Source of the DNA: Octopus bimaculoides
Lineage: Eukaryota
Direction of reading: 5' to 3'
Assembly (NCBI RefSeq): GCF_001194135.2
Contig: NC_068982.1
Location: 1,595,470-1,659,469, forward strand
DNA length: 64,000 nucleotides
The first letter of the stretch is position 1. Each line of letters starts with the position of its first letter. Positions 12,626 through 27,302 of the stretch are shown here, one piece after another. The notes below the pieces were generated by a model. The model was not told the origin of the DNA, ran no database searches, and saw only the letters and a program-made list of their open reading frames with translations. Both the position numbers and the translations under genes were made by a program.

Positions 12626-13524
12626 TTTTCTATCTACACGCACACACACATAAGTATAAGCATGTACATTTTTTACGCACAACACAGCATAAAATCAGAC
12701 GAACTAAAATAATTTTAATATTTCAAAGCTTTGCTCTAGGTGAAATAAAAATGTAAACATGTTATTCCTATACATACATACATGTATGTGCGTGTGTAAG
12801 AATAAAATAGCACCAGAAAACTTGTATGATGTATATATAACATAAGAATATTCTGATAAAAATAATAAGTTTGACTATTTGACTTTCAATGCAAATGCAT
12901 AAAATGTAAATATATTAAAATCATGAATTGTATCAATAGCTAGTTTCGAAAGAGGCAACAATAATGTTATTTTCTTTGCATCAAGTACGTACCTTGAATT
13001 TTCTACTGTAAAAAAAGTCACGTTTTACATAAAAATCTATTTATGTGACAGTCATAACAATCTTAGATTTCATAGTTTCTTTTGAATGAAAACAGATTTC
13101 AAAAGTTTACCCTGTAATCTGCTATATATTTTTCTTACATGCAAAGAATATGAAAGTAAACGTCAACATTCTTTGCAATATTGAAGTTTATTGTTTGAAA
13201 TAAACTCTAAATATATATTCGTGACGGATTTATGATATTGTCCTACTAACACAATAGTATTTAAATTTAGTTACTGAAGGAAAATAGGCGATTCGAAATT
13301 CAAGATTAAAACGGGTATTCAGGATTGGTTGTAAACATTATTTAAGCAACTACAAAATTTTCAGATAAATTAAAGTTTTATTTATTCCTTTGCATATTAT
13401 TGAAAAGTCCTTATGAAACATCAAATTATGCTAGTAAACATAAGATGTATAAGTACGATGTCTTCTAGTATTCCTAATATTAATGGTAAACGAATTATAT
13501 ATGCCACGTAATATTTAGTTAACT

Positions 13525-13930
13525 ACTAGACTACCCGTAACTCGTTGGGTCACCAATAGTTCAAGGCACCTAAAAAACCCCACGTATTTCGGCAATCTGT
13601 GGTCCGATTTACGCGAAACTTGTGTTATTCTGTTTGTATTCACATTTCAGTGGTACCTTACTTTCAAAGCATTTCCCCCATTATACACTGGTTTAGCTAT
13701 TTATAAAGATATCCGAAAAAAACATATATCTCGGTAATCCATGGTGAAACTTACGCGAAACTTCCTTCATTCCGTTTGTATTCACATAATCATCCGATTC
13801 ATGAGGTCTCCTCGTTTTGTCTCTTTCTCTCCGAGCGTCCTATTCCTGATCTCTCCTACTTTTCTCTCTTTCCCTCTGTTCCGCCAGATGCTCAGCCTTT
13901 GATTTATCGGAATTTATATAACTTAGACAT
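13525..13930 (+). mobile_element. Possible non-autonomous Helentron/HINE-like element
   Basis: Starts actagactACCCgtAACtcGTTGGGT (subterminal hairpin). It has an internal duplicated ttacgcgaaactt block and a TC-rich tract, and ends ...atttatataacttaga. Architecture-level similarity only. Confidence 0.33.
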
Positions 13931-16900
13931 AATGCAATACACCCTAATTTTCTGTCACCGCAAGTTCATTGTGCTATTCAACTCATTGCTGAAAATGTTT
14001 GATTCTGACCAGCTATAAACGATGTCTTTCAAAATCCAGATAAGTATTCATTAAATATCACTGAAAAAAAATTCCTAAGCCGTAAATTGCTCGAAAGCCA
14101 CTTCTATATGTAAGAAAAGAACAGTAGAAGTGACATCGTAACGTTATTTCGGAGAATGAATCGTCGTTTATGTTGTTTATCATTGTTCCATCCAATCCGT
14201 CTTTTTGGAAATAGGAGAGAGTAACGTATTGGGAAAGGTAAATATGAAAAGCTTCTTCGTGACATATTTCTTAAATATGATAGGATGTATGTTTTCTGGA
14301 GGATCTCCATTAACGCAGCGAATAACTATAGGATAGTTGTACAACCTGATTCTTAAGTGCAGTTCATATTTTTCTCAGTGCACCTGCGTCTTTTTGCAAC
14401 TCAAATACATATGTTTATATTTGGGCGCATGGTTTCTAAAACAAAATGAAAATTTTTTGAATTGTATTCCTTATTACGCAAACATGCTTAATCTCGAGGG
14501 GCCTCTATAACTATTAATATTGTGAATTTGGTCATATAATAATCGAACATTTTTCCGTGTATATTTATTCTTTATACTGTGAAACTACATCCATCTAAAT
14601 ATTTATTACGCCATTTTTATAACATCTTAACGAGCTTTTATGCTTTCTACATAAAAAAGATTCAGAAACTGTAAATTTTATGATTTAATTTTTTATACCC
14701 GCCATTGGATTGCAGTTGCAGATTTTATCCTTTTGTATATAAATATATTTTGTTAACATTCGAAGACTATCAAAATATTTTCTTTGCATTTGAAAGCACT
14801 AATTGTTTCACATTCTGAAAATTTATAATGCTGTTATTTCAGTTTTAATTAATTAAGGAGGAAAATATCATTACAGATGCAAGCAAAATATAATTTACAC
14901 ACTTCAGATGCAAACGAAAAACATTTATACATCCATAAATATGCTAGATGTAAATCCCTTAATTCTAATCAACTTCCGAGTAACGAAAAATAAAATTAAT
15001 GAATTAAATTTAATTGTATTTTTCTGATTATGAAATCTGGCAAACAGTTAAAAAAACTGTTAAAGAATTGGAGTTAACAAAATACGCCAAAATGAATGGG
15101 TCGGACTAAAATGTTATATTTGTTCTTCAAGTTTAAAATAAGTTCCCTTTCTGTCATGTAAAATATTTTGCAGTATACAATTTGTAAAGGAAAATGTGGA
15201 ATTATGCCGTTCGCTGATTTCATGAAATAATTTCCCTTCTCATCATTCACATCATTTTTTTTTATTGTTTCTGATCAGGGAAGTGCACCATACCTTCCGA
15301 TTTAAACCATCCTCTGTCCCACTGCTGTCGAACTCGACTTTTGGTTGGTGATACCTTAGATATCCATGCATCACTTCGACACTTGCCAACGATGTATATT
15401 CTGTAAATATACTGTTAAATGTGGAGTAGAGTATATATGTGCCTAGCGCTGTTGTGGCACAACATGCAATCGTGCATTGTGTCGCAGTGTACTCACGATT
15501 TTACTTTTAGTTCCAATGTTCTTGGATTATAATCTGAATGTTCCGTTTTATTCGTTTATGTGTTTCAGTAATCGAACAGCTGTCATGCTGAGGTAGTTTA
15601 TGAGTTATACGCGACTTAATCGTTTGCTTTCGGTTTCTGCATATCAAACCACTAACTCTATAGGCATAATACAAGAAATGCTAGTTATTAACGGCGAAAA
15701 ACAAAATCAAATATGAATGCACAATCACACAACAAGCCTCCGTCCTGCTCCTGTTATCAGCTACTCTAGCTAAGCGTTAATGCTTCAAGAGGTCATAACC
15801 TCTAGCAATGGAAAACTGTGATTTCTCGCAGTGGGATTGAGCAGAAAACTACGTGGTTGGGAAGCAAATATTCTAACGAATCACGTCTGCATCAGATGTA
15901 TTAAATTCTTCGTTTGTATGAATTTTGTCTAATTAATGTAATACATATGATATCGTAATATATTGTATGTAAAAACCAATAGGTTATATATGAATTTATT
16001 TAAAGTGTAAGTATCCTTCAAGTAAGTGAAAAGTTTTAAAACATTTTGTAAGAATAAAATGAGACAAATTAAATGTAAATCACATATTTCCACGAATTAC
16101 ATTTTACGTTCTTTTGAATACTTTTATATGACACATCCGGAACGAGGGGGGTTGAATCATAAAACATTTCTGAGCAGTATTTAGTTGTCTCTTTAAGTTC
16201 GTTTGGAGCTTAAATCGAGCTATCGAGCTTCTCCCTTATGATCTGAGTCATGAACAAAAGGAACATCATATACAAGGGTCACTGTAATAGCTTTTCAATT
16301 TCATTTTATTTCCAAGTATTATAATTAAATTTCTGTAATTTATTTCTACGTGTTATAGAATTAAATTGCGTACATCTATGATGAACAACAATATTGAACT
16401 TGGTTTCATTTACCCATGGTTGATATAAGTAAGAGAGATAACAAGTTGTTTTAGTTCAATCGAGCATTACTTTCCCTCGCGATACGTTGATAGCATGTTC
16501 AAGAAATCAAACAGACTATCATTAATCGCATTTTCTTCAACCATTCAGAAACACACAGACACACTCACACACGCACATGCACACACAAACAGACACATAT
16601 AAATCATATAAATTGGTTTACGGTAATTCAAACACATATTTAAAGATCTAAGCGGAATGATTAATATCGATGTAGGTATGCGAGTAATTAATATTCACTA
16701 AACCAATACAAGTGTAGAATATTATGTGATCATAAATGAGTTAATTGGAAATGCATATACACAAATTGCCTGTGCACTGATAGAACTTCTAATTTAAGCA
16801 GAAGTGGCGAATGTAAGCACTAATTATAGAGGGTGAAATGTTATTTTTTCGGTTTCATATTCTCATTGCATTACGGTTATTAAAATAGCAATTAACTTGT

Positions 16901-17019
16901 TTAGATGACTTCATAAAATATTGATTGTATAAATTTCGTGTAATAAATGAAATAGTATACATACTTACTATCTTGAAAACGTACAGAAATATGCATATAT
17001 ACATCTGTGAGTGTATGTA

Positions 17020-17061
17020 CGTACATACATACATACATACATACACACACACATACACACA

Positions 17062-17115
<54 letters not shown>

Positions 17116-17530
17116 TATATATATATNNNNNNNNNNNNNNNNNNNNNNNNNNNNNNNNNNNNNNNNNNNNNNNNNNNNNNNNNNNNNNNNNNNNNNNNNN
17201 NNNNNNNNNNNNNNNNNNNNNNNNNNNNNNNNNNNNNNNNNNNNNNNNNNNNNNNNNNNNNNNNNNNNNNNNNNNNNNNNNNNNNNNNNNNNNNNNNNNN
17301 NNNNNNNNNNNNNNNNNNNNNNNNNNNNNNNNNNNNNNNNNNNNNNNNNNNNNNNNNNNNNNNNNNNNNNNNNNNNNNNNNNNNNNNNNNNNNNNNNNNN
17401 NNNNNNNNNNNNNNNNNNNNNNNNNNNNNNNNNNNNNNNNNNNNNNNNNNNNNNNNNNNNNNNNNNNNNNNNNNNNNNNNNNNNNNNNNNNNNNNNNNNN
17501 NNNNNNNNNNNNNNNNNNNNNNNNNNNNNN

Positions 17531-17605
<75 letters not shown>

Positions 17606-17705
17606 GTGCGTGTGTATGCATTTGTGCATGTGCGTGTATGTATGTGTGCATTTGTGCGTATATGTGTGTGTGTGTTTGCGTGTGTGTATGTGCGTGCTTG
17701 TCTAT
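17020..17705. repeat. Compound (TACA)n/(CA)n/(TA)n/(TG)n microsatellite with an N-gap (about 17127-17530)
   Basis: Direct inspection. Confidence 0.95.
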
Positions 17706-19102
17706 ACCTGTATGAATATATATATTAGGAATGTAAGTCACTACTTTTACGCTCAGTTTGGTATATTTTTGTCCACCTGCGTGTGAGTCACAATGAATCG
17801 ATATTTCGTTATTTGTACGAGCTTTTGAAATTATACAGAAGTATTCTTAGACATTTGTGTGGGCAGATATATTGTGTACAAATTGGCAGGTTACCGGATG
17901 AAATCTGTGCGTATACGAGATTTCTAGCAAGAGTAACCATGACGATTATAACTAATATATGTTTCTCAAATAAAACAAAAGGAATATATACAGTATAACA
18001 ACCTAACGGGACTTGACATTTTTACAAACAGCAAACGAAAACGACAACTAAAAATCAGCATATGAAAGAGAAAAATGTGTGCTGTATGATCAGAATTATT
18101 GTAAACCACCAGAGGCAATTTTCCAGTTAATGTTGACCAGCAAATATTAAATATAATTCTCCAACAGAAAGTAAACACACACAAAGAAAAAAATAATACA
18201 AGCAAATCAAACTCTTGATCTGATTTGCGTTGTTTGAGAATGACATTACTTTTTTCGTCGTAATAATCTCTTGTGACCTTTGCAGAAATCCGATATCACT
18301 AATACGTATGCTCACTAATCTGTCAAGCAAATTATATGTTCATGCAACGATCAAGATTATTGTATATAATAAGCAACCTTTATTCCTTCCATATGTAAGT
18401 ATTTTTGTTCGTTTCTACCAATCATTCCTCCAAAACTTTGATTCATCTTGCCATGCTTTTCTCTCCATCCAATCGTTTATTCAACTTTCATTCTATTTAT
18501 CGGACCATAATCCGTCAAGAACCTACAAGTTAATTATCCTTTTCTTGGTAGGTAGATACATAATAAACCAATCAGAGAGCGCAATAGAGAAGGAAACGGA
18601 GAAAAGATGGAGAGAGAGAGAGAGAGAGAGGGAAAAGTAAGAGAGAAGGAGAGACTTCTGATATTATTACCCGACTCGAGTCTCATTAGTGCTTTTACTG
18701 ACTGATATAAAATGTCTTTGGAACAGAGTGGGGGGGGGGGGGTAATAAGCGGGAGAATACTTTAAACCGAGAAAGCTGAAACTGGTTTCAGGTGCAACTT
18801 AGTATTTCAAAATAAAATAAAATATCGTCTGTAGAATTCGTGAATATCACGTGGTATAAAAAAAAATTAGTTTTGGGATACTATCGGTCCTCCACTTGCT
18901 ATTCGTTTGTATTCATTTCACTGGCGCTCCTGTGTAAACCGAAATACCCTAAATGAAAATATAGTAACACCATTTTTAAGGTAAGGAGTCACTTTTGCTG
19001 GTAATCAGGAGCTAAAAACACCAGATTGACGTTTATGAAAAGAAATATATTCTATAACTTTGCTTCCTTCACAAGAAATACTATCAACCGCATCGCCTTT
19101 TA

Positions 19103-19563
19103 GTTTTTATCGTTGCTTCAGACATTAGTCTGTGACCATACTGGGGCATCGCCTTGAAGACTTTTAAGCAACCGAATCGACCCCACCCACAGTAATTGTT
19201 TTTTTTTTCAAAGCCTAATACTTGTTGTATCTTTTGCAGAACCGTTATGTTACGGGAACGTAAACATACCAACACCGGTTGTCAAGCGGTGGGTGGGGGG
19301 ACAAGCACTGTCACAAAAACGCACATACACATACACAAACACAGAAACACACAGACACACAAAAACACGCATACACACACACACATACGCACACATAATA
19401 TACATAAGAAAATGAGAGAACAAAACGATTTTTTTATGAACTTCATTAGCTTATAGCTGTTTCTGCTATAAACTGCAGTGGACTCGTAGTTGAGTGCATG
19501 AGTAACATCTTAGAGCTTTATCGGAGCCCCAAATATGTAGTGCAATTTATTTGNNNNNNNNNN

Positions 19564-19605
<42 letters not shown>

Positions 19606-19758
19606 ACGGGCTTCTATCGGTTTCGGTCAACTAATTCCACTCACAAAGGTTTCGTTGATCCGAGGTTACAATAGAAGACACTCACCTAAAATGCTACGCA
19701 GTGGAACTGAACTCAGAAATATGTAGTTCGGAAGCGAAAATCTGGACTCCTGCGCCTA
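19103..19758 (-). mobile_element. tRNA-derived SINE family B (taggcgcaggagt... head, CORE-like box), composite: head 19603-19758, microsatellites, tail 19103-19310
   Basis: The head has a B-box-like gttcagttcc and a CORE-like gtagcattttaggtgagtgtcttct block. The tail cttgacaaccggtgttggtatgtttacgttcccgtaac is shared with 49045-49230. Confidence 0.75.
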
Positions 19759-22407
19759 TTGTTCTTCTTTTCTCAATGTCTCAGTGTTTCTCCAGCGTAC
19801 AACATCCCAAATGGTCACTGGCTGGTCTCTTAAGATATTCTAATCATTTTAACAAATAGAGAATCCAATTAATCTTTTCTTTAACGATCTTATGAATTTC
19901 TAACGTATTTTTTGTTTTACAACACAACGTTCTGCCTCGTAGTACAGAGTGCAGTCTTCGCTAGAAATCTAGTTGTTTGCTAAAGCGAGGTCAGTATTTC
20001 AATGAAATTAATCCTGTTGTATGATCATAGAGATTGTCTGTGCTAGGACAACTCAAACAATATAGTTCACAGGGAACAAAATATTTCCCGGACTTGTACC
20101 TAACAACAGGAATAGGAAAGACGCCAATGCTGGAAGTAAAGCCAACAACCTCTCCGTTAATGATTCTGTTTTTAAAAACACCGCACGTCTAATGACACCT
20201 AATAATGTACTCCTGTAAAATTTCAGTAGAACTTGTGTAAATCATAGAAATAATCATTAGATACATCCAGCCACATATATTCACACGCGCGTGCACACAC
20301 ATAATATACGAGTAATTTTTTTCACCTCATGTTGGTGCTGACGGATGCAAACACTGAAGAAAACTTGATAGACATCGAAGTTCAACACCAAAACTATATT
20401 GAGTCTGTGATTAATTCTATGACACCAATTTTCACAAATACTGATATGAAATAAATAAATAAATGAATATGTAAACAATAATTATTTAGTTTTCATTCAC
20501 TCCTTTAGTTTACAGTGCTGAATGATAAAATCTTGCTTTACGTGTCACAAGAGAGGTCCGTAATTTATCAGAAATGGCTAAATGTAGCAAAATAAATTGT
20601 ACAACTGCATCGGTTTGGCACATCAGAATCAGGTAAATCGGCACTTTCCGAAAACGATTTTGTATTTCATGATTGTGAAACGATTAACAGTTCTTCCTAA
20701 AGCATAAAAAGTTTGAAGAATCCACAAGCTAGAACTCTGAAATACGGACGTAAAATATGAATCAAGGCTGTAACTTCGGAATTGCAGGTATAATCCATTC
20801 TCTACGATTCTGTATTGTCTTCGCTTAGCCTAATTCGCCTCCAGGGTAAGGCTTAATCCGAGAAGAGATAAAATGACATTTCCGTAATGTGCGCCGCAAT
20901 AACATAGAACTTGTGACCCCGTGCTTGTGAAGCAAACTTTCTTAGCATTGAGCCGTAGTACGTCTGCCTCTACAACTGGTATATTAATTATATGTGGTAA
21001 GGATGTAGCAAATTATCTATTAGTCAACACATTAAGTTAAAGAAACATGATTGAGCAAATATTGTATAAGAGAAGAAACTCAGACATTGTGAGTTCAATT
21101 GTATGTTATTCTCGTCTGGAAATGAATGGTGCCTGTTACATTCGAAGCAAGACACTGTTACTGCAAAGTTCGAAGTTTAATAGAAAGCAGAATCGTATTT
21201 TTCTTACTATGCAGGCAACAAGTCTTGTAGGTGAATATAGGAATTACGATATTGAGATATTTCACAGAGCAATATAAGCACAAAGCAGCCTGGATGCCAC
21301 TACCGAAATTCCTGAGTAGTGTATGTGTTATAGCATGACATCCATCATTTAATCTAAATCATGCTGCCGTATGTTTTCGCATCAGAGACTACGTACATTT
21401 TTCATCTTTTCTTTTTTTATTTATTTTTTGAAAGTAACATGTTTTGTGTAATCGCAAGCATTTCTATACAGGAAAGCGATATAATGTTTTCTGTGTATTT
21501 TTATTCATGATACAATTTTCCAACTTTGAATTAACGGCAATATTTTTTGTCAATATGTCTCTCGTTCGCCCTCGCTTATTTTTTAGCGCTTTACTTCCAA
21601 CCCTTGCTATATAATTTCTCTCTTTGAAGAAAAAACATATTCCTTGAAATAAGCACTTTCAAGGAATACAAATGAAAAGAAAAAAGTGTAATTAGGTTTG
21701 CTTTAATATAATAAGTAAATTAATATTTTACCACCTGCTATACGAAAATAGTCTGTTTACCTGGAAGCAGTTTATTAATCTTACCTACACGCCGCAGAAA
21801 GGGAATAAAACGGAATGAAATTCTCAAAAAAATTTGAAAATGTGTAGCATTTATATGACGACAAAATATTAATTGTGAAGCCATGGCATTTCGCTTTCAT
21901 TTAGTAGAACATCTGTTATGTCTACGAGAACCAGATAACTGTTATTATATTGAGTAATGCTGTACTATTTGAAGGGTCATCGGTTCAAGATCGTAGCATC
22001 TCTGTAGAAATATCTTGGCTTTACTTCTTAATTTTGAAATGTTTAGTCAATCCTTTGCTAAATTCACCTTCACTTAAGCGTGACAGTCTCTACTACTTCG
22101 ATTATGCTCAGGTAGAAAATGTTTTTATGAACGAATGATTATTATTGGTGTGTCCTTTGCAGTTTTCAGTACCCATAAGGGGGCTGACAAATCACAGCTT
22201 GCTGATCAAATTCGGTCTGCAGCTTCATTTCGTTCGTCCTTCGGTTTTCATCCAAATTATGACGTTGCAAACAAAATAAATCTTTTCTCTCCTAATTACA
22301 ACTTGGTTTGTAAATATGAAAACCCGATATAGGAAGAGTAAGAGTTTCATTCGTGTAGAGAAGGGGTTAGAAAAATAGACAAGGGCACGCGCACGCATGC
22401 GCATGCA

Positions 22408-22449
<42 letters not shown>

Positions 22450-22519
22450 CACACATACTCGCGCGCGCACACAGAGATGTTTTCTTTTCGCGCGTCCAGT
22501 GCAAATAACAGCTTGGTGT

Positions 22520-23445
22520 CTGGCGCGAATAATACCACAATAGACAGCAGTAGGAACTCTGGACTCTGTATTCTACCAGACCATTCTTCGTCATCGTAAA
22601 ACAAACGTTCTTACACATCCGTCAATGTTAATAGACAACAGAAGAGAGCTTGCCAAAGCAACAGATATTCAAGAATTACGAAAAACAAAAAATAAAAAGA
22701 GCACTTCAGATACACTCAATACTCTACCCTTTTCAGTGATGCTGAAGTATGTTGGTGTTAAATCTCAGTTTCGAACAAGTGGTGAACTATTCAATCATTT
22801 CAGCGTTTGAAAGCCAAACGCTGCTATGCACCAGTATACACTCAATACTCCACTATAACAGACAACCGCCAAAACTCAGAGGTATACAACATTATTCACC
22901 GAAACATTCCACTTCTAAAACAAAAGTAAGAATGAAACAAGCACTCGAACTACACAAAATAATTAAAAGCATGAGACAATCAAAATACCTCAAGAAACTA
23001 CCCACCAGCGCTAGATTACCCTCCACAAACCTCCCACCAACATTCAAAAAGTGTGCCCACCCTAATTGCAGGACTTGTATCAAGCTCATTGAAGACAAAA
23101 TATATAAAAATATAAATTGCCATAGAAAAAAAATAATTTTACTTGTTCGTCAAAAAATTTAATATACGCTATTAAATGTAAAGGATGTGACTAGAATTAT
23201 ATAGGTTAAAGAATACTTATTTTCAGAAAGAGACTGACAATTCATCGTCAACAAATGAGGGTACTGAGTACACGACAGATCCCACTGATTGGAAACATAG
23301 ACATGGGCAAAATGTAAGTCTCCCAAATTCCATGTCTTCCGACTTTAACTTTGTTCAGTCCATACCAGAGACCAAAGACGGGCAAACAAAGAATATAAAC
23401 TCATACAAAAATACAAAACAAGACTGAATATACTTCAACAAATTA
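22520..23445 (+). pseudogene. Penelope-like element (PLE) relic: RT-thumb/linker and GIY-YIG endonuclease, with frameshifts and stops
   Basis: Frames read AKATDIQELRKTKNKK..TLPF, KSMRQSKYLKKLPTSARLP, KKCAHPNCRTC (PLE Cys linker), NFTCSSKNLIYAIKCKGCD*NYIG (GIY-YIG motifs), RLTIHRQQMR and KEYKLIQKYKTRLN. Confidence 0.85.
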
Positions 23446-23509
23446 CATTCACCAACACTTATTCACACAGAAATAAATCCCAGTGCATTTTCAACTTCTT
23501 TCTATATGC

Positions 23510-23825
23510 GTTTGTATATATGTATGTATGTGTGTGTATGTATGTATGTGTGTGTATGTATATATTTGTGTATGTATGTGTGTGTGTATGTATATATTTG
23601 TGTATGTATGCGTGTATGTATGTATGTGTGTATGTATGTATGTGTGTATTTATATGTGTATGTATGTATGTGGTATGTGTGCATGTATGTGTGTGGGTGT
23701 GTGTGTTTATGAGTGTGCATGTATATATATCGTGATCAGTAGCTTTGATAATGAAAGAGATTAATCATTGTATGTCAAGAGAAATAGTCTTCAGAGAACC
23801 TTTTTTATTGAGTATTTACCAAAAC

Positions 23826-23872
<47 letters not shown>

Positions 23873-23878
23873 GCACGC

Positions 23879-23915
<37 letters not shown>
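23510..23915. repeat. Degenerate (TATG/TG)n tract and (CA)n microsatellite
   Basis: Direct inspection. Confidence 0.93.
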
Positions 23916-23916
<1 letters not shown>

Positions 23917-24257
23917 ATGCAGAGGAACAACATTTAATACAACTAGAAATAGATTCAAACGAAGACAAGTGGAATCTTTATCTGTGTTTGGGAAGAATGA
24001 TAAGAACGTAAACTTTAGAAATGCAGAAAACTCGTGGAAGAGTTCTAATTGATTCGTTTTACAATTTGTCGACTACTTTTCTGAGGTATACAATATTCAT
24101 CTGACTGATATAGCTGAAAGAAATTAGCCAACTACTGTAATGAGTAGCTTAATTAGCGTATGTAGGTTTTCACTACTTCTTATTAATTAAACTATATGTA
24201 CTGTGTGTGCCTTCACAGTTAAACCCTTCAAATATTTACACACATACACACAAACAC

Positions 24258-24290
<33 letters not shown>

Positions 24291-25910
24291 CACACACTCA
24301 AGCTCGGCCACATACGTACATATACATGCGCACACAGGCACACAGCACGTGCGCGTATCAATGTACTGATAATGTTATGAGACTAAAGGCAAAAACCTGC
24401 CATTAATGTCATGTCATCAAAGATTATTGGAGGGTGGACCAACGGCAAATTATTGTTCGTAATTGTCAGTGTGACTATAGTAGTGCTAATTGAATATTGT
24501 ATGCAAATGTATTACCTAACGAAGCAGTTATTTCACTATTGTCGTCTCACAAGAAATATACTCTAAGAGAAATGTGAAAGCTTGAAACAGCATTTGTTTT
24601 TTTTTTCTTTTACATTAGTATAAATGCTAATAAGGAATCTTCAGCTAAAGCTAGTTTCAGAATTATATAGTTTGAAATAGACCATTCGTTGTTGTTGAAT
24701 TCATTAACTTCTGCATGATAGCAATATAAAAAAAAACCCGCATGCCCTAGATAAATAAAAATCTAAAATGTTACTAATATTACATGACCAAAGAAGTTAA
24801 AAACATACGAGGCAGCAACGTGTGCCACTTAAGCAATAATGCGTAAGAGTTTGACTAGTTGTCTTTGCATAGTTCTGAATCAAGATGTACTTGTCGCTCT
24901 CATTGCTTTGGGTAATTGATGCTGCATTTGAAGCGACAGATGTACCAGCTTTAGTGAGAAGCGCGCTGAAGATATTTCGCAGTACTTGACAAAACACTAA
25001 GCAACTTCAATTTGTCTTCGAAATGTCTGCAACGTTGCCGTGGCTTAACTTTTCTCACTTGAAAAGTGAGAAAGCTATAATTGGAATCGATTTGGTTTCT
25101 TCGAATAAACCTTGTAAGACGAACCCAGCATAGCCGCAAATCAATGACTGGCAGAAGTAAACATATCTAGTAATCGCGAGTTCAATTCTTAGACCGAGTG
25201 CTGAAATGTGTTCTTGAGCGATCATTTCCACACGCGACGCGTGGTACAGCGTTCACCTTTTTATACAGCGTCGATGTGATGGAGAGAAGGCGCTAATGTA
25301 GTGGCACGAACATTTGATCGCTATAAGCAAATCATTTGTACAGGTTGTTCAGCAAAAGCGGAGCGCTTTTGTCCTAAAATCTTTATTAGAGGTACCGTTA
25401 AGAAATATACATATATATATATATATATANNNNNNNNNNNNNNNNNNNNNNNNNNNNNNNNNNNNNNNNNNNNNNNNNNNNNNNNNNNNNNNNNNNNNNN
25501 NNNNNNNNNNNNNNNNNNNNNNNNNNNNNNNNNNNNAAATAATAAATGAGTATATGCATATATACGTACAGGTATGTGCATACCTACGTCTACCTGTATA
25601 TATAGGTGCATATCTGGGTACAGGACTTTGCAAACAAAACGTAGACAAGAAAATAATAATAACCAGAGTACAGAAAACACACAGGCCACATAGAGAACAT
25701 TTTCCTTCATCAGCTACCCCCATTTTAACACCGGCGTTTCGAAGAGTAGGGCAGGACGCACCGTTAAAATGGCTCTTCCCATGGACCGCAAATTAAATTT
25801 GTATACACAAATTAAACTTGTGCCATGGAGGAATGTAGTGGCGGACAAAAAACAAGACAGGAAAACAAACGGAAAAGAAAACAAGGTATGTATGTATATA
25901 GCGAGAGAGC

Positions 25911-25914
<4 letters not shown>

Positions 25915-25998
<84 letters not shown>

Positions 25999-26010
25999 TT
26001 GAGAGTGAGA
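25915..26010. repeat. (GA)n microsatellite
   Basis: Direct inspection. Confidence 0.97.
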
Positions 26011-26995
26011 GAGAGTGGGTGCGTTATGAACCAAAACGAAAGTTATGTTGCAGTCGCAAAAATTCACAACAATTATTATACTGATTAGAAGACGATTCGG
26101 CGTTTATTTTTTAATATACTATGCGAAGAAATATTTTAAAGTAATCAGAAATAACTTCAACTAATTCAACCCAGCTAAAGATAAATAAAATCAACCACTC
26201 CCATCTTGATAAATACATCCATGAAACAAATTCTCCATTTTCATTCAAATTTGCTCAAGATATTTTCTCTTCTCTGAAGAAAAATTTCCAAAGCAATTTT
26301 CATATATCACTGAAAATGCGAAAAAATTCCACTTATTTAAAAATTCGTTGAAATGCATTATAAAGAAACTTCAATCAAATCTTCGTTTGGAAGTTTATTG
26401 ATGTACAGCCAAACCCAAAATTGCATGCTAAAAGACATAAACAAAAAGAAAACTGAGTTTCATAAATGCCTTTCGAAGAAATGAAGGAAAACAACCGTAT
26501 CTTTCTTTGGGGTAAGTTTCATCACTTCGAACAATCTCTTTATGTGAAAATCATTTTCAAAGATGAAGTATTTTAAGTTACGTTTTTGATCAGCGTTCAC
26601 CAATCACAACTTTCAGTTAGGTTGTATAATAGGGACTACAGATTTGAACCACAACCTGGCAATATATTACACCAACCAAAATCTTTCCCTAGCTCCAGTT
26701 GTTTACTATACATGACAAACGCTTGCAGCATACTTACACTTCAATTGTTTTTTGTTTCCTGTTCTCTGTCTCCTATTCTCCAGTGTTGTACATAAAATCA
26801 CTTATTCTATTGACCTGGCGTTCATATATACAAACAAATATAAGATAGATATTTGTTGCGCTCTCCTGTCACAAAACTTCTTAACCAGGAGTACGCTTTA
26901 ACGGTCACCATTTCATTTCACTTTACTCCAGGATTTCTTTGTTTTGATCGGATAACCAGAAACCTGTAGCAAGTTGCCAAGTCAAGGTAAGCCCC

Positions 26996-27073
<78 letters not shown>

Positions 27074-27302
27074 GTGTATATATGTATGTATGTATGTGTG
27101 TGTGTATGTATGTATGTATATACAAGTAAATATATTAAAAAATACAAATAAAAGTAAGTACATGCACATAAATAAATGATACGGCGCTGTTGTAATATTC
27201 GAACGCAGTGCCAAATTTTACAACATGCCCAATACCGTTATGGATATACGAATTCGATCGGGTACTTCGCTATATGGAGCAACCCCCCCCCCCACAAGAA
27301 CC

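Noticed and set aside
15440-15500. gtgcattgtgtcgcagtg resembling the miR-33 5' end
   Set aside because: It diverges after the seed region and has no convincing precursor hairpin.
25700-25775. Minus-strand GAAACGCCGGTGTT upstream of CTGATGAAGG (possible type II hammerhead) within a 10-bp inverted repeat
   Set aside because: No stem I can form between the cleavage site and the core. It is probably a repeat fragment, but a ribozyme is not supported.
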